Positions 1-14,698 of a stretch of DNA of 64,000 bases are shown here, piece after piece (within the stretch, counting starts at the first letter, position 1; each line of letters opens with the position of its first letter). This DNA comes from Balanoglossus misakiensis (taxonomy: Eukaryota; Animalia; Hemichordata): contig CM082596.2 of the NCBI GenBank assembly GCA_040954595.2, forward strand, positions 1,579,854-1,643,853, written 5' to 3'. The notes under the pieces are model-generated. The model was not told where the DNA came from, searched no databases, and saw only the letters and a program-made list of their open reading frames with translations. The position numbers and the translations under genes are program-made.

Positions 1-105
1 GTCGTTCATTACATCTTCCTTCAGATACTTCCGGTAAAGCTGGCTGTCGTTAACAAAACACACAATGCACCCTTGAATCACTCCTTGTTCGGTGGGCAGC
101 ACCAT
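1..105 (-). CDS. 5' end of an unidentified protein-coding gene running off the window edge (MVLPTEQGVIQGCIVCFVNDSQLYRKYLKEDVMND...)
   Basis: ATG at 105-103 in strong context (AAAACATGG); 35 codons open to position 1; candidate upstream minus-strand non-coding exons with GT-AG sites. Product not recognised. Confidence 0.5.
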   Translation of the reverse strand, partial: MVLPTEQGVIQGCIVCFVNDSQLYRKYLKEDVMND

Positions 106-3100
106 GTTTTATAATTAATAAAGAAGACCCTCAGAACTCTTGCCAATTAAAACATGACATCATTGACTTGCTATTTTCCAACAGCTGTTGGACAGGACAG
201 TAACTAAAACATGGAAATATAATTGTTATGTTTCCTGTTATCTGTGTAAAATATCCTAAAACTTACACCATCTAGTGAAGTCTTTCACTTCACAGATCAA
301 TGTTCGATCCTCACAGGTCATTTTTTCACTTTGCGCTGAGCGCAACCTTGAAATTTTACATCCTGCCACAGCTTCCCCATTACTGTAGACCTACTTAATG
401 TTTGCCTGGTTTATTTCTCGAGTAACGAGTATTACTCGTGCAAGCTTGAGAATTCCATATTCTTGACTTGAAAAATCAATTTGACAGAAATTTCCATGAA
501 TGGACCAATATACAAATCATTTTTCAGAGTCGTGATGGTTCTAATACATGAGTACATTTCCATTTCGAATACTTGCTATCTTGAAATAGAAGTCAACAAA
601 GCTTGCGACAGTAAGTCTTCCGGCTTTCGAGGTAATGCGATTTCATTGGCTTTCAAGTTAAATGCCTCTTGAAAGTTGCAAAATGATATGTAAATCGCTC
701 ACCAAATTCCAGATTTCAAGTGTTTTAATTTTTAGTCATGAAGCAAACTCTCTAAGTCAACAAATCATAACTTGAGTGTTCATCAACTCGTGTTCTGACA
801 GAAGCTTAACACATTTAACAACAAAAATCCGATGACAGTAGGACGACGTGCGTGAAATAAAGAAATTCCCCGGGGAAAGGCTCATCCCTCTAATCTGAAC
901 GATACATCTCCCATTTAGCGTGTTCTCTTTCCCCCAATGTTGTCTTACTTAATTTGTTCTGATAGGCTCATGATACGATTTCACTTTGCTTTGTTTCCTA
1001 AACGTCTTTCGAATTGCAATAGATATGTATAACCGTTCCAACCAGTGACTATCTGGGAACCACGTTTAGGGTGTATAAGCCTGTGTATCGCACGTGGTTA
1101 GGGTTGAAGTTCAACATCAAGTCAAAGTTGACGACCAGATTGATCGCAGTGAAAACAAAATCCATCAGATTAGACACTGTGTGACAAGTACGGAAATTAG
1201 ATTATCAAAAACACGGTGCCGAATGGGGATGTGTCGAACTTGAATATCGCAGGTCAAACTGGACTGTTTTATGATCAATCTGTATGGTTGAGCTCCTTTT
1301 CTCTGTTTTCTTACTTAAGATGGTGTGCCACTTCATTTTCTAAAATCACATTGGACGTACTGTTTCTCCTGCAGCCAAAAAGTAAACACTTCGGTCGTGC
1401 ATGTTTGGGTCACTGCTTGATGACTAGATTAAACCTTTACAATGAATCTGTACAAAAAACTAAAAGACTGCGAAAGAGAATCAAAGTGTGAACCCTTTCA
1501 ATAATCATGAGTGAATTTTACTCAACATATAGTCTGATTGTATTTTTATTTTTATAAGATAACTGGTCATGACTCGCTGAATGCATGTCTCCCATTGCAT
1601 CGAATTAGTAATAGTAAATTCTTCTAAGGTTGATTTACGAGTATGACAAGTATGGCGATTGCTGTACGGGTTTAATCACTGGTTAGCCCGACTGTATTTT
1701 CTAATTAACAGAGCGGTGTCATGCTTTGCATAAATTATCCCCGACTAACGAGCTGTGTCCTTGTAGCTGGTTGTTTGAAGGTAAACTGAATCCTGGTTAA
1801 CATTCAAAACGACAACAACCAACCAACCAAGTCAGTTAGGGCTTTGTCTTTCTGTAGAATCGGATTGATTTCTTACCACGTGCCTTTTACCACCGAATGT
1901 TCCAATATTTAACGTCGAATATTAAATTGCTCATTCCAATATAAAATGGACCTTGACGCTACGTTTGCAGGTTTGAGTATTGTAAACAATTGAAATGTTA
2001 GGGCAACATTTAGTTTCATTAAGGTTATTCTCAGGGCGAGTTACACTCACAGATAAAACACTGATGACCTTGCAGATTTTGGTAGTCCCGTGGGTCTTGT
2101 TAATTACAAGCAAATTCAGGAGGAAGCTCAAGCAAAATCAATGATATTCATTTCTCATTGTTACTCTCTTAAATAAGAATATTAAATTTCATTGCTGTCA
2201 TAATGAATTGGGCAGCATCTGGTCTTTAAGTCTGTATTTTAATTACCCCTGATAACACAGTTGTCTTTCTCTGCGACATGTCCGTCAGAAGCTTTTCGAT
2301 GGAGTAGATGAGTTATCATACGTGGGTGGGTGTAACAACCAGAGTATTCAAACTTTCTAGAATCTCCTTGCCCACTTTTAATACGCATTTCGCACGTCCA
2401 TGCACAGTGCTATGCGATAACGAACCTCCCAACCCCGTCCAATTCCATCGCAAAAATAGATAATCAATCGCCTCATGCTGTGTATGCAATCCTCACTTTA
2501 GAATTCAGCAGCATCTTTTTATTGACTGATTGCAAATGTACACCATCGGACCCTCATGTCAAGCGGATAACACAGTCATGCTTGTCATATGCATGTATCT
2601 ATATACTTTTATCCTGATATATTAATTTTCAATTATACGTGTTTTGTGTCCCAGTCGATATATCATGTATACGCTGTGTGCCTTTGCATATAGAGTAGCA
2701 TCAGAAATAGAGGTCTTACCATGGTAAACCCAACAATGTTTTCCAAAAGTCACATGCATCACTTTGCTTCTTTACATTCTAACGACTTCCACATTTTTCA
2801 CACTTCTTTGCTAAACCTTTGAAGTTTGAAATGAGCCTTTTGAGGACCACATACCTGACACTCAGTGTTATAACTCTTTATATAATTTATATCAAGTCAG
2901 CAAAAAGTAAAACAAATCAGTACCAAAACAATCGACAGATGTGTTTTCATTTACTTTCTTACGAGGTCAGAGACATAGGATTTACAAAGATATGTAAACA
3001 AGCAGTCCTTGACTTCCGGTTACAAGGAATCTTGCCAAAGTCCATCCTGAACGCCAATAAGTTTGGCACATGCGCATATAAATCAATGTTTTCTCTGCAA

Positions 3101-6100
3101 TTGTGATCATCATTCTCCATTAGGGACAGATCGTTGCACATTTCCAAGTTAAACCGATTTAATTTGACTTTATTTCAGAAAACGTCTCGTTTCCACTTCG
3201 TAATGACGTATCTGACGTGCCTGTAATTCATTTTCTACTTAGTCAAACTACCTACACCGTACATTGAACCCAGGGTCACCCGTCTATATGTTGTGGACAC
3301 GTTCTAGAAACTCGTCAAAATAAATGGTTGCGAATATTCAACATCAGAGTACTGAGTCTACTACGTGACAATGCACAATATGGCTAAGATTTTAGGATGA
3401 TGAGATTAAAGTTAACGTAAGTTGCAATATTTTACTTTTTCGTCAGAACCAGGAAAATTTAGTTGGTCGACACAAATAAAGAAACCTATCCTATAATGAT
3501 GAATTAAAGACACAAAAATGCATTGATATGGACACGAAGAATAATCAATATTGAGTCTGGCAAATGCAACGAATTGCAGCCCCTTCAGATACGACAGTCA
3601 TTTTATATTCTAGATATTAAGATATTCCGGAAAACATTCGCTAAAGTGACTTTGAAGGTTTGTCCTGTCTTGTTGACGTCAGTATCACTGCCTAATTTAC
3701 TAAACATAATTGACGGTATCTGCAAATCTGTTAAAAATGATGGCAAACACAATTGTGACTCATCCGTGTGGTTGCCCTTGGTGACGAGACACTCAACCTG
3801 GAGACTAACAGAATCTGACTACCTAAGTTGGTGATTGAACGTGTCTACAGATTCACAGAAGTGTGCGTGATATTTAAAACAGGTATAACTGCTAAACAGA
3901 GAAGGCGTCTATGGATATAGGTGCAGAACCCCTGGCTTCGAATCTGTAGTGGGCTACGTTGCGTCACACTAACATTATTAGAACCTTAAATTTTTATCAT
4001 TCACCGATTTCTCTCTTAACATTCGGTGATTTATGGACCAATCTAAGTTTTTCGTGTTTTTTATCTCTTCCGCTAAATACTCCTTACTTTTTTCAGATAT
4101 TTGCAATTGTTTCAATATTTCATTAATTGTGCAATTAAAATTACTGGTTCACTTAACTTTCAGTCTACCATACTTTAATTCGTCCGCCCCCGGGAACGCC
4201 TAAGTTTTGTTTCATATTTTTTAATGACCTGTGCAGTAAATGGTCATTTATTTACTATCGACTTTAAGCTAGAACACCATAAACCCACAACCAATCACAT
4301 GTCAGGATTAATAAACACTCCTCTTGTCTAAATTGCACCTTTTAATAAATAAATTTAATAACTCCAACTATTAATTGCTTAACTTTCGAGTAACGATTGT
4401 ATTCCTTGCTTTTATTCCCCGTCAGTTTTATGGCGTGATTCTGTTTACCCAAGAGCTGTTTCTGCTTTTAATGCAACTTTTCTATGGAAACATTAAAGTT
4501 GTCGCCAGCAGCTCTGAAGAGTTTCAAATGTGAGACCCTGGAAGAGAATGTACCATGACATACGCATGCGCAGTATTTGATGACAACATTGACAAAGGAC
4601 TTCTCATCTTGTTCAAGATGTGTCAAAATTGCCAAGAAAATGACGTTTTATAAATCTAATCATCTTATTTTTACTGCAAGCGATTTGTCACATTATTTTA
4701 GGGAATTTCAGCGCCTGATTTCTGCCAAACAGACTTCTGTAGCCAGCTACTTTGATAATGATGTCTCTGCACAGCTACCATCATCCACGACTTTGATGGT
4801 CATGCAATTTTATTAGTTTGTATATTTTCAGCTGCCGACAAACCCTTCGGTGGATAGAACGGAATAGGCCGTAGAAAATGGCGCCCATAGCCCTATCTGC
4901 CTAATCTTAATGCTTTTCAAATGTCTCTGATCGGCCGTTGCATCAGGCTATGTACACAACCGTTCCATTACGCCAACATCAGGCCACCATTTACCGAAGA
5001 AGCAAGATATATTAGACTTTCAGAACAATTACGGTCTCCAACACCGAACCAACCAGCTTCATTTTATATACACAGACACCCGATTACTCTGTCAGTTTGC
5101 AGTTTGCTCTGAGGTGCAAATTCTTGTCGGTTTAAATATAAAAGACATTTTGATGCCAGAATTACAATAAGGGTAAAATCAAATCAGCGAAAGTCGACAA
5201 CTATTGTTCCAAATTTATCAATATTTCACAAATTGTCTGTAAAATATGACCAAGGTTTCTAATTTAGTAAAACGCGACTGTCCTTTCTCCATGGAAACGA
5301 CAGATACGACCTGTTAATTTCTTTTTCCCAGGTTTCGTGGCGCCGTTCTGCAAATTGTTTATCATTTTACATAATCTTCGGTTAATTTGGTCACCGTTTA
5401 GTATTATTTGGAATGTGTTGAAACTCAGCAACCATGGCTGGGTGTCAAATATGTGCGTAATTTTTCAGCAAGCGTGCATTCCGTTACCAGATTATAATAA
5501 TAGGTTTCATCACCACAGGTAGATCAACTGACTGTGCAGCGAAGTGACGTCATCGTCATGTCGTAATGATGGCGGAAGGAACTATCCTTGCCGATGAAAG
5601 GGAACTTACATGTACACCAGGAAATCGACCCAGAAAATCAATTTTTTCAGGGCTGATGGCCTTGTGTATGACACGTACATCATGACTTGATATCTTGAGG
5701 AATTCACATGAGCGAAAACTTAGTGTTGACGTGCCTTATACGAGCAAGGAGCAGCTGCTCCATTAAGCACCTACTGTTATGACCGATAATTAAAATGGGT
5801 TCCACATTACTTTTGACTTGAAGAAGACCAATCTTCAAACGACGAGGTGTAACTCCCTTATAATCTTAATGCCCATTGTTTTTATCAGTCATTCACAATT
5901 CGAACAAGACTTTAATAGTAATTTTGATAATGTAGAGTTTTAACTGAAATCTCTATGCAACGTTCCTAGGAAGTACTTGAATGTTTTTTCAATGATTTAT
6001 GGCCACTGTTGTACATGATCTGTCGTTTCTGAAATGTACACCATGCAGGCGACGCGTTTTGTCATTCTGACCTAGAAACGGCGAGTACGGCAAATTGAAA

Positions 6101-9100
6101 TGCGATGTGTGGTCTTGTTTCAATTAACCCCATGTCGAATGTCAAGTCAAACACGGACGCACATGAAAGTAATGATGACCCAAATATAACTTAAGGTCCC
6201 TCAAAGTTGTACACTGCTTTGAGTCATAATAGCAGTGAACAATTATCAAAATTACATAATCTGTTGAATCTATTAACATTTACAGCGAAAAGGCAATCAT
6301 TTACCAAAAAGGGGGCAAAGTAATGAACATTTGATAACTCTGTCATAATTTGTCTCTCAAAAGAAAATTGATGTATGCATGGATATGGAACTTTAATTAA
6401 CCTACGTTTGGCCTTAACAAAACTGAAAGGTGAAATGCATTAATTTGGCAGATTATGGTTGGAGATATATTGGTGAGTGTTTTGAGATCTGACCTATATA
6501 CAACACACATAATACTCAGAATGCCAATTTTTCACTCACATAGATTTATCAACTGTTGATTTATATCCTTTTTATAAGTTACTTATGTAATATCACGCCT
6601 GTTCTTACAACTTGCATGGAAACCGTAGATGGCTTAATAAAGTCTTGGACACACAGAGTTTCCGTTCTTTGCAGGCTCAACAATCTCCCGGCGTAATTGA
6701 ACCGAGTCAAAGACACTATTTTCAACTCAAGCACTCGGGCAACGCAAGAGCCGTGTAACAGTCACATCTCCACAGCGAGTGCACTTTCCATTACTACCGT
6801 TAAAGTATTAAAATGATTCCAGGCGAGTCTGAAATAACTGCTAATATTAAGTTTTTATGTCTTCTGTGATTTACGAGGTTATTTGGTAACAGCTAACTCT
6901 CTCTCACTCAGACGAGCACCGACAGATGGTGGACCATTATATTGGCATTTTTTGCTTGGATTGCGTTGCATTCAGTTGTCGATAAAAATAAGGACTCGGG
7001 CGATACTTTAAATTTATACTCTCCAGTCTTGGTAAGTGGTCACACTACAGTGATTCCATTTCCATATGTTGGGGATCGGGCTTTCTATTCCATCTTTAAT
7101 TCCCTGTTAGTGTCTTCCTTGCTCTTAGTCCCAGGAAGGCCAAATGACTGATGGTGAAACATCTGGAGTAAGTCGGGGTCATTTCAGTACAAGCGTTGAA
7201 CAAACGCCACACAATGCAACATAACACGTACCGGTTAAAATCACCCTTGATGAATAAATAAATACCCTTTGTCTTGAAAGTGTTACACCCCTCTCGTTCT
7301 GAACTTCAATTTCGCTCCTTTAATAAAGTCCCACTTGCTCAGATCGTAGCTTTACGGCGAGAAACTGGGAGGGTGGTGTTAGATGTGGAAGCGAACGCTG
7401 CATTATAGCTTTCCTCTTTTATATTAAAGTGATATAAATTAGATCGTTGGAAAGCTTTTGAGACACAATAGTCCCTGACACCAGAATTATGACGCCTGTG
7501 CGAACATACGTATGCAGTCCCGACACGCCTGTATCCATACGTAAAAGACAGATTGTTTGCATGCCTTGATATTTAGAGAACAAAACGCAAAACGCAAAAC
7601 GTGCGATTATTTATTACATTTAAACATTAACTATGGCATTTGCAAACACAGACACATTTCCAAGTGTCCTGAACATAATATCCACCGATCTTAACAACTC
7701 ACAGAACAAATGATTCTTCTTTATCTAGGGCTATTTTTGTGTCCAGGAACTTTGTTACTTCACCGATCAAATTGCTTGGTAACCTTGGTGATGCTGTATC
7801 TTTCATGCCACACACTAGAAAATAAATTACATCATCGCCTGACGTTGGCAGTGTGCCAAAAACATTGCTTTAAATAAATTATCTCTTTTATGGGTTATCA
7901 AATATACTTTACAAGCGGTACATTTATAGTTTAAATATCAGCAATGATGATTAATAGGAGCCAAGGTGCACTTAAAACAGCTCTAACTTCACCTTAAAAA
8001 CCAACACATTCCGCATTCATTTATGCTTATGGATTATTTTGACCTAAGGTCACACTCCCTGGTTGCATTTCAAGTCTTCTTATTTCCTTCCTTTGAATCT
8101 ATTTCGCGGGTTTGCAAGATGGTGTGTGGTCTGTGCTTACGTCTTAAATATGTAATTCCAATATTCTATAGACGCAGAACGAGAACGGAATTCAGTAAAA
8201 CACCAAGTGCGCCCTCAGGAGGTTTTTTAAAATGATTTCTGCAAAAGACTTCATTTGAAATTTAACCCTGCATGGGGACAATAAACGTGGATGCGTAAAA
8301 TGCAGATGTGTAAAATGTCAGCGAGAGAGAGAGAGACCTCCTCTGTCTATCAGGAAGTTGATTGCTGGACGCTTATTGTCACAAGGTGTTTGCGAGACAA
8401 TTCTAAATTTCCTCTTCATAACAACTTATCAATTCTGTCAGATAATTTTGGTAATCATCATGAGGATATTAAAGATCAAATCACAGTATAGCCATCCCAC
8501 TTGCTTTAATATTCATTGGCTTTAAAGTTCACCAGGGATCGAGCCGTGACCTGGTCAGGAGTTGACTGGTCTGGAGTTGTCCGGTTCCCTTATTTAACAT
8601 GCCAAGCAACCATCGAAGGATTAGTATAAGTCGCATCTGATATCCGCCCGCCATCTATGATTGATCTGTTTGTCTCTAAGACAGGAAGTGCACGTAGTTC
8701 TGTCGGTGTCTTTCCTCCAATTAGACTGTCATCTTGGGACTCTTACTTAGATGCTTAGTTTGTTGGAAATTTGTTAACGCCTTAGTGACCATACAGATAA
8801 TGTGATAGACAGCTCTAATAAAAATAAACTTATTTAGAATGGTTAGATCATATATTAAAAAGAGTATCACGTAATCTTTGTTCAGAAGATTCCTGTAACA
8901 AATAAGACTGGCAGATGTTGGTTAATGTTGAATGATCCTCAAGCTGTTTGGCTGCATTCAATTTCAATTGAGGACTTTGAAAAATATTTATCTAGTTGAA
9001 GTCTGCATACATTCTATGATCAGTGACAACCCACTTACTATAATGAATTTTTCTGTCTTTTTTTTCGTTCTCCAAATCAAAGCTGTTTCAATGTTACGTT

Positions 9101-12100
9101 GATTGAGTACTTGTACAGTGATTGAGCAAAGAGAATGTATTTGGTTAAGTTCTTCAATTGGCGAGTTTGATATCATATGACGTCATGGCTAGATTCGATT
9201 CATTACCATCAATCTACTCTGTAATCTTTACGTCATGAGGTGAAGCGCTTTCTTGTGCCCAGACAGCTAGTCACACCATTTGAAACGGCAGACAGATACG
9301 GATTTTACATTATGCGTAGGAAAACAAACGCAAAAATATGACTTTCATGAGTCAGTCGTGTACTTTAATTTTAAGGGATTTGTGCATTAGCTTCTGTCCC
9401 AGTTGTTAATGCATATTGCGATGAAAATCACCAGGGAGTTTGTCGGACAGGGTGAAAAAAAATTCACGCTGTATGAATCGAAATCTGAAAATGACCACAG
9501 GAAATTACTCCGAACAAGCCACCCTTCTGTGTGTGCCATGCTTGGTTCTATTAGCAGCGCTGGGTATATAAATTGAGATTAAAACAAGCTCCTTGAAGAC
9601 GAGGACAAGCCTTCAAAGGTGCCGATTGCATCGATGACGTGGCATTACCAAGTCCACTCAGAAGGAAGAGATTATACGGCGCGATTCAATAAACCGTGAG
9701 AGGTTTTCGATGACGAGATCTTTGAGCTCAATTGGAAAGTGCTCCCACGATGCCTTGCGTGCGACTATATGGGGGCTGTATGCATGGAGACTCGTCGATT
9801 TGAAGTTTTGTGGAAACGCATATTCAGTTCCGTATATAGTTGTTTTTTGGTGTCATCATTCGCCCCTCCTCCCCCTCAATCGGCGAAAATATGAATTCCG
9901 GCCTATTCATGAGGCAGAGTCAGAAAGACCATGAAATATTAAAAGTGGTTGGTAAAGGATTGTGAAACGGAATCCCCACGTGCAGGGGTTTTGTACAGAC
10001 TGGCATTACCTTCAAAGACAGCACCGACGTGGCGATTATGAGGATTATAATATAAAATACAAATCCGGATAAATCGCCGTGTTGAAACTGCCTCAATTAA
10101 AAATTTATTATATTACTAATATCATGACAACACCCTGGACAAGTATCAGAATGGGTCTCGATAAGTTAGGCTGTACTGATGACAGAAACAGATATTATTC
10201 AGGAAATGGTTAAAAAGAACCATCTATTTTGAGCGGCCATTGCACCCTTAAAGCAAAAGCCACATTGTCTAGAGCCAACTATTTTTGCTCTTTGCTGACT
10301 TTTCAATTGACCCTCCAAAGAGGAACAACCATAGAGTTGCAATCAGTGTAATCAATCAGAAACCCTCAAAGCGTCTGTGCAGAAAATATGAATCTAGGCA
10401 ATTACCCCGGTATCAAAAGTTATAAGACTTAAAAGGGACCCGCCTGAAATGGAAACAATTTGGTAGCAATATGGTGATGTGATTGTTAGCTGTGCAGATT
10501 TGACCTAAGTGTCATGAGACTGACATGGCTTTTGATTTCAACACCAATAGTCTAGATCTATTATGTTATTTTGAGAGCGTTGCTATATTTAGCAATCAAG
10601 GCAATTAGCTTTCGATCGACTACATATCGTAAGCGCAGACTAAGTACAACGGCTTACAACCATATTCTGTGTGCAGGCTGGACTTTCACAAAGATTGTAA
10701 GCCCGCTATGGTCAGTGCTTGACACACAAGTTACGAAATATATATGTTGATCTCTTTCTCCATCTCTCTCCCACGCTTCCAAGACACGTACAAAGATATC
10801 TGTCTCTCTCCCTCTCTCTATTTCCCCCTTCTCCCTCCCTCCCTCCTATCTCTCTCTCAAATTTGTGCTCTCTTTCTCATGAATCATGTAAGAAGAAGCA
10901 GCACGTGGCCCAGATTAAATTTCATCTATGTTGAGTCAAATTAAAATGAAATATAAACATGGACATTTAATAGCCTAATATCCGCTCAAGTCATTTAACA
11001 TTTCAACAATTCGCAGGATATTAATTTGTTTGTGTTTCTTACCGCCAATAAGCCAGGCACATTGTCCTCGGGCAATGTCTTCCTGGCTTGTTTCGCTTTA
11101 ATTCTACGACACGGAAATATTTAATGGGAAATTTCGGCAATGAAAGTGGAGCATATGGTAAGCGCTGGCATGAAATGATGATAAAATTGCTTTGCAGTGT
11201 CAAATTTTGTATTTAATTTAATCTGAATCTATGAAAACATGAAGTATAAATGAGAGTGGGTTACATGTGTTCCGATATCTTTTCAACTTTATAATCATCA
11301 CATCCTGGCTTTGAATTTTTATATAACTTATTATCTACACATGTATATTCTCATTCAATAGCTTCCGAACGTAATTTCCAACATTGCAACATACACCATA
11401 CCAGTACTTTTATAAAGCTGAACATCCTTAAGTGATTGGAACTAGAAACTTTGGGTTGTCACAAAGACCAAAATGCTAGTGAAATAATCATCAAACGTTA
11501 CAGTTGCCATTCCTGTAAAATGATAACATTGTCATGTACTTTCATGCCACCTACTTGATGTCGTAGGGCAGAGTCGCAAGTTTCCAATATCTCGCATTTT
11601 ATCTGCGAGCCACATCCACTCGCCAACACAGGTTTTAGAATTCTGGCAATAGGATCGTATGAAATACAACATGATATATTTGGGAGCGTTTTCCGAGATA
11701 TTTTGGGCAGACGACATGTGTTAAGAATTACCATATCATTCAGATAACGTCAAAATACCACGTGGACTGCTATTTATATGCCGATAACGACCAGGGGTCG
11801 CGCGTCCGATGTCACCAACACTTTTAAAAATAATATTCGTTCGTGACTTACACAAACCAGGCATGTGTTTGAAAGATGTAAAGAATTTCTGCTTGGCATG
11901 GGTGTTCTGGGACGGAAAACAGACGAAACCACATTGGACGCCATGTACCGTAGTGCATGTCAACTGCCTTTATGACACGAGGGGTGGCCGTACCTGTTTC
12001 CATGGAAACAGAGATCTCGCACATGGCCCTTGCGGCCATTTTGAATTTAGATAAAGGGCAAGAGTATGATCAGAGATACTTTGGGAGAAGTCTCAAGACA

Positions 12101-14290
12101 TGCTATTAGAATTTAATACGTACAGTAATTATTACCAATATTTATGGTTTCCATCATGTAAATTTTAAGAGATCATTGATCAGTAAGTCATCTTAATATT
12201 CCAAGCAACGATTTATACAGTAAGCTTTCACCGTTCGACATATCAAAATTTTAGTATATGACGTACTTTTCAACTGCAGTTTATAACATATCCGTTACTG
12301 TATAATACATAATTTATGATTTTTAATACCATGTTGTACGAATATAGGCACACTCATCAATGTTTACTGATGTGCAAGTTTTTCTCTTCTTTACTGCAGT
12401 ATGAGACTGGTTCTGTTTTAAAGAAGAAGAAATTTCTACTCTCACATAATATTTCAAGCACGTTTTAGTGGAACTTAACCATGAAATTTCCATTCCCGAA
12501 AGAAATCAAATGGTTGTCGCAGATGACGTGTGCGCAAGAGAAGGTGTCCCCCACAACAAGTACATCACACGTCTGTTTATTAACAGCCCCCAAAAGCTGT
12601 TAGACTGATTTCGCCATGTGAATTGATCGATTCGAGTTACATTGACAGTTCATTCTAAGGCTGCTTGTCCATTTATTTTGTCAGGATTTTGTTGTTTTAA
12701 TTATGATAAAACCTCTGAAGATTGCTGTTACTCATTAGCGATAAAATTGGGAATAGTTTTTGAGTCATGAAAAAAACAATGTGCTCATCTTTCTAAGCTT
12801 TTCTAAGATTGGGAGAGAATGACATCTAAAACAAATTGGTCGGGATTCCACCACACATACTCCCCCCCCCCCCCCCCCCCCTTACTACTCTTTCTTCGTT
12901 TAGCATGTGATTCGATCGAACCACATAGGGAAATAATTATAAAATACGACAAGGAAAATACTTTGCCTTGAGTTGCAAAGTCGCGATCTGAGTTCACGCC
13001 TCAGGTCAAGGCAAACAAGAAACATCTGCTTCAGAAAACAAATTCATTATTGATTGCTGTCAATTTTAATACATGGAAATCTCAAACGGGGTACTTCCTG
13101 AAGTAAATCACCACATCCAAAGTTGAAAGCGGGTGTGTTCACTGATTGGAACAGCTTATTATTGATGGCCTGGATGAAATTGAACCCGGTGTGATAGATG
13201 TGTTATCGAAATAATAAATTGGTAAAAGTTTCTCCTATATAGTGCGCAGACTGCCGTCATCAATCAATGTCTGCTGTTATGATATTACAGTCTGTTTTTC
13301 TGACTTTTATTAACCCGCATTGTCCTAATGTCTAATTATTCGCAAATAGACTCATTTCTCTGTGTTTGCCGCTGACCTCCGACAAGGCCTGTCAACAGTT
13401 CGCCGTGTTTCACATTAAGTGGATGTTATTCTGGATCTGTCATGACAGCTTGGTCGGCACGTCTTGTGGTATACACGGCTGGTGATAGTATGCTCTATAC
13501 CGTGTGTGCGGTCTCTCTATATAAATGCGTCGTTGTGAGTATGACGTACACGTCTGACACTATACACAGTCATGTCGGTGCAATACACACCTCCATCTTA
13601 TTACACAGTGATTACACATCCCCTAATAGATGTAAAGAATTTCCTTCCACTTTTGCAAAGAAATTGTTCAGGCCAATCAACGTGTGCCCATGCGAAAGAC
13701 TTGCGAACAAAATGTGATCTACATCCAAAATAAGGCTAGCAATTCAATGACAGATCTTCCAATATGTCATCATGAAAGGGGAGGCTTTTATAAACATCTA
13801 ACCGAACCCGTGCTTGGGGAGACTCATGACCAGACTGTTTTTGGGAAGCTGAATTGATGGATTCTTGATGAAGATTAAACTTTCTGCAATGCAGGTATAC
13901 TATAGGACTGCTGTTTTCTTGCAAGAAGTTTTTCACTCTGATGAGTTATTTTTATATTATCACTTGGATTTGAAGTATTCTTGATCTTTATTCGAACCAC
14001 CACAAGGCACTTGGGTTTCTCGCAGTACATTTTTGATTACAAGGTTAAGCTAACCATCACAACAACGGACAAGATGAAACACACCTTCTCAGAACGTGAG
14101 GGCACTACGTGGATTTGCATCTCATGGTTGATTGAATTTCCTAATCTGCGATTATCAGTTTTACGTCATGCAAGAACAAAGCTACACCTCAACAAGAATG
14201 GCGACTTAATCAACACTTTTATCTCTGTTGCTAAGGTATGTGATACACGCTAGTACCACTTGATTCACCTGTCTACACAGGCTCTAGAGA

Positions 14291-14443
14291 ACAAGTCCTT
14301 CTAGCATAATTCTGAAGACTACAGCGCACAACGAGTACACACATTTAGTAGACCGTGACAATTTGCACTTGCGAATGACGGACCTTTTTTCGATCTTCCT
14401 TTCTGTGCGCTGTAGTCTTCAGAATTATGCTGGAAGGACTTGT
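14291..14443. mobile_element. 153-bp fold-back / MITE-like element with 40-bp terminal inverted repeats
   Basis: 14291-14330 ACAAGTCCTTCTAGCATAATTCTGAAGACTACAGCGCACA is the reverse complement of 14404-14443 with 1 mismatch; no clear target-site duplication. Confidence 0.6.
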
Positions 14444-14594
14444 ATTATTAATTCATCAAAATGTTATCACTGATTTGTATCAAATAAGCCTACTTTCACC
14501 CGAAAACCGTGATCGGGTTCTTTTGCATCCGCAACGCGCAGATTGATCAAGACATTCTCATTTACAAAACGCACGTATCTAATTTTCAGCTTAC

Positions 14595-14698
14595 CTGCAG
14601 AGTTAAGCGCCTGTTTCGACCAATCTGCCAACTTGCATGTCTTCTTCTCTCAAAGGACGAAGCTGATATTGGTTTTCATGTCTAGACGATCATCTTGT
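14595..14698 (-). other. Candidate non-coding (5' UTR) exon of the minus-strand gene at the left edge
   Basis: Acceptor TTTTTTTTACAG immediately upstream and donor CAG|GTAAGC immediately downstream; all three frames closed; contains short ATG-initiated ORFs. Confidence 0.4.

Noticed and set aside
1-105. Faint resemblance of the edge ORF to ornithine decarboxylase / antizyme inhibitor N-termini (genes with uORF-rich leaders)
   Set aside because: Similarity over 35 aa is too weak, and I found no PPW-type upstream conserved coding region; left unnamed.
3905-3960. tRNA B-box-like GGCTTCGAATC
   Set aside because: No cloverleaf or matching acceptor stem; at most a decayed SINE fragment.
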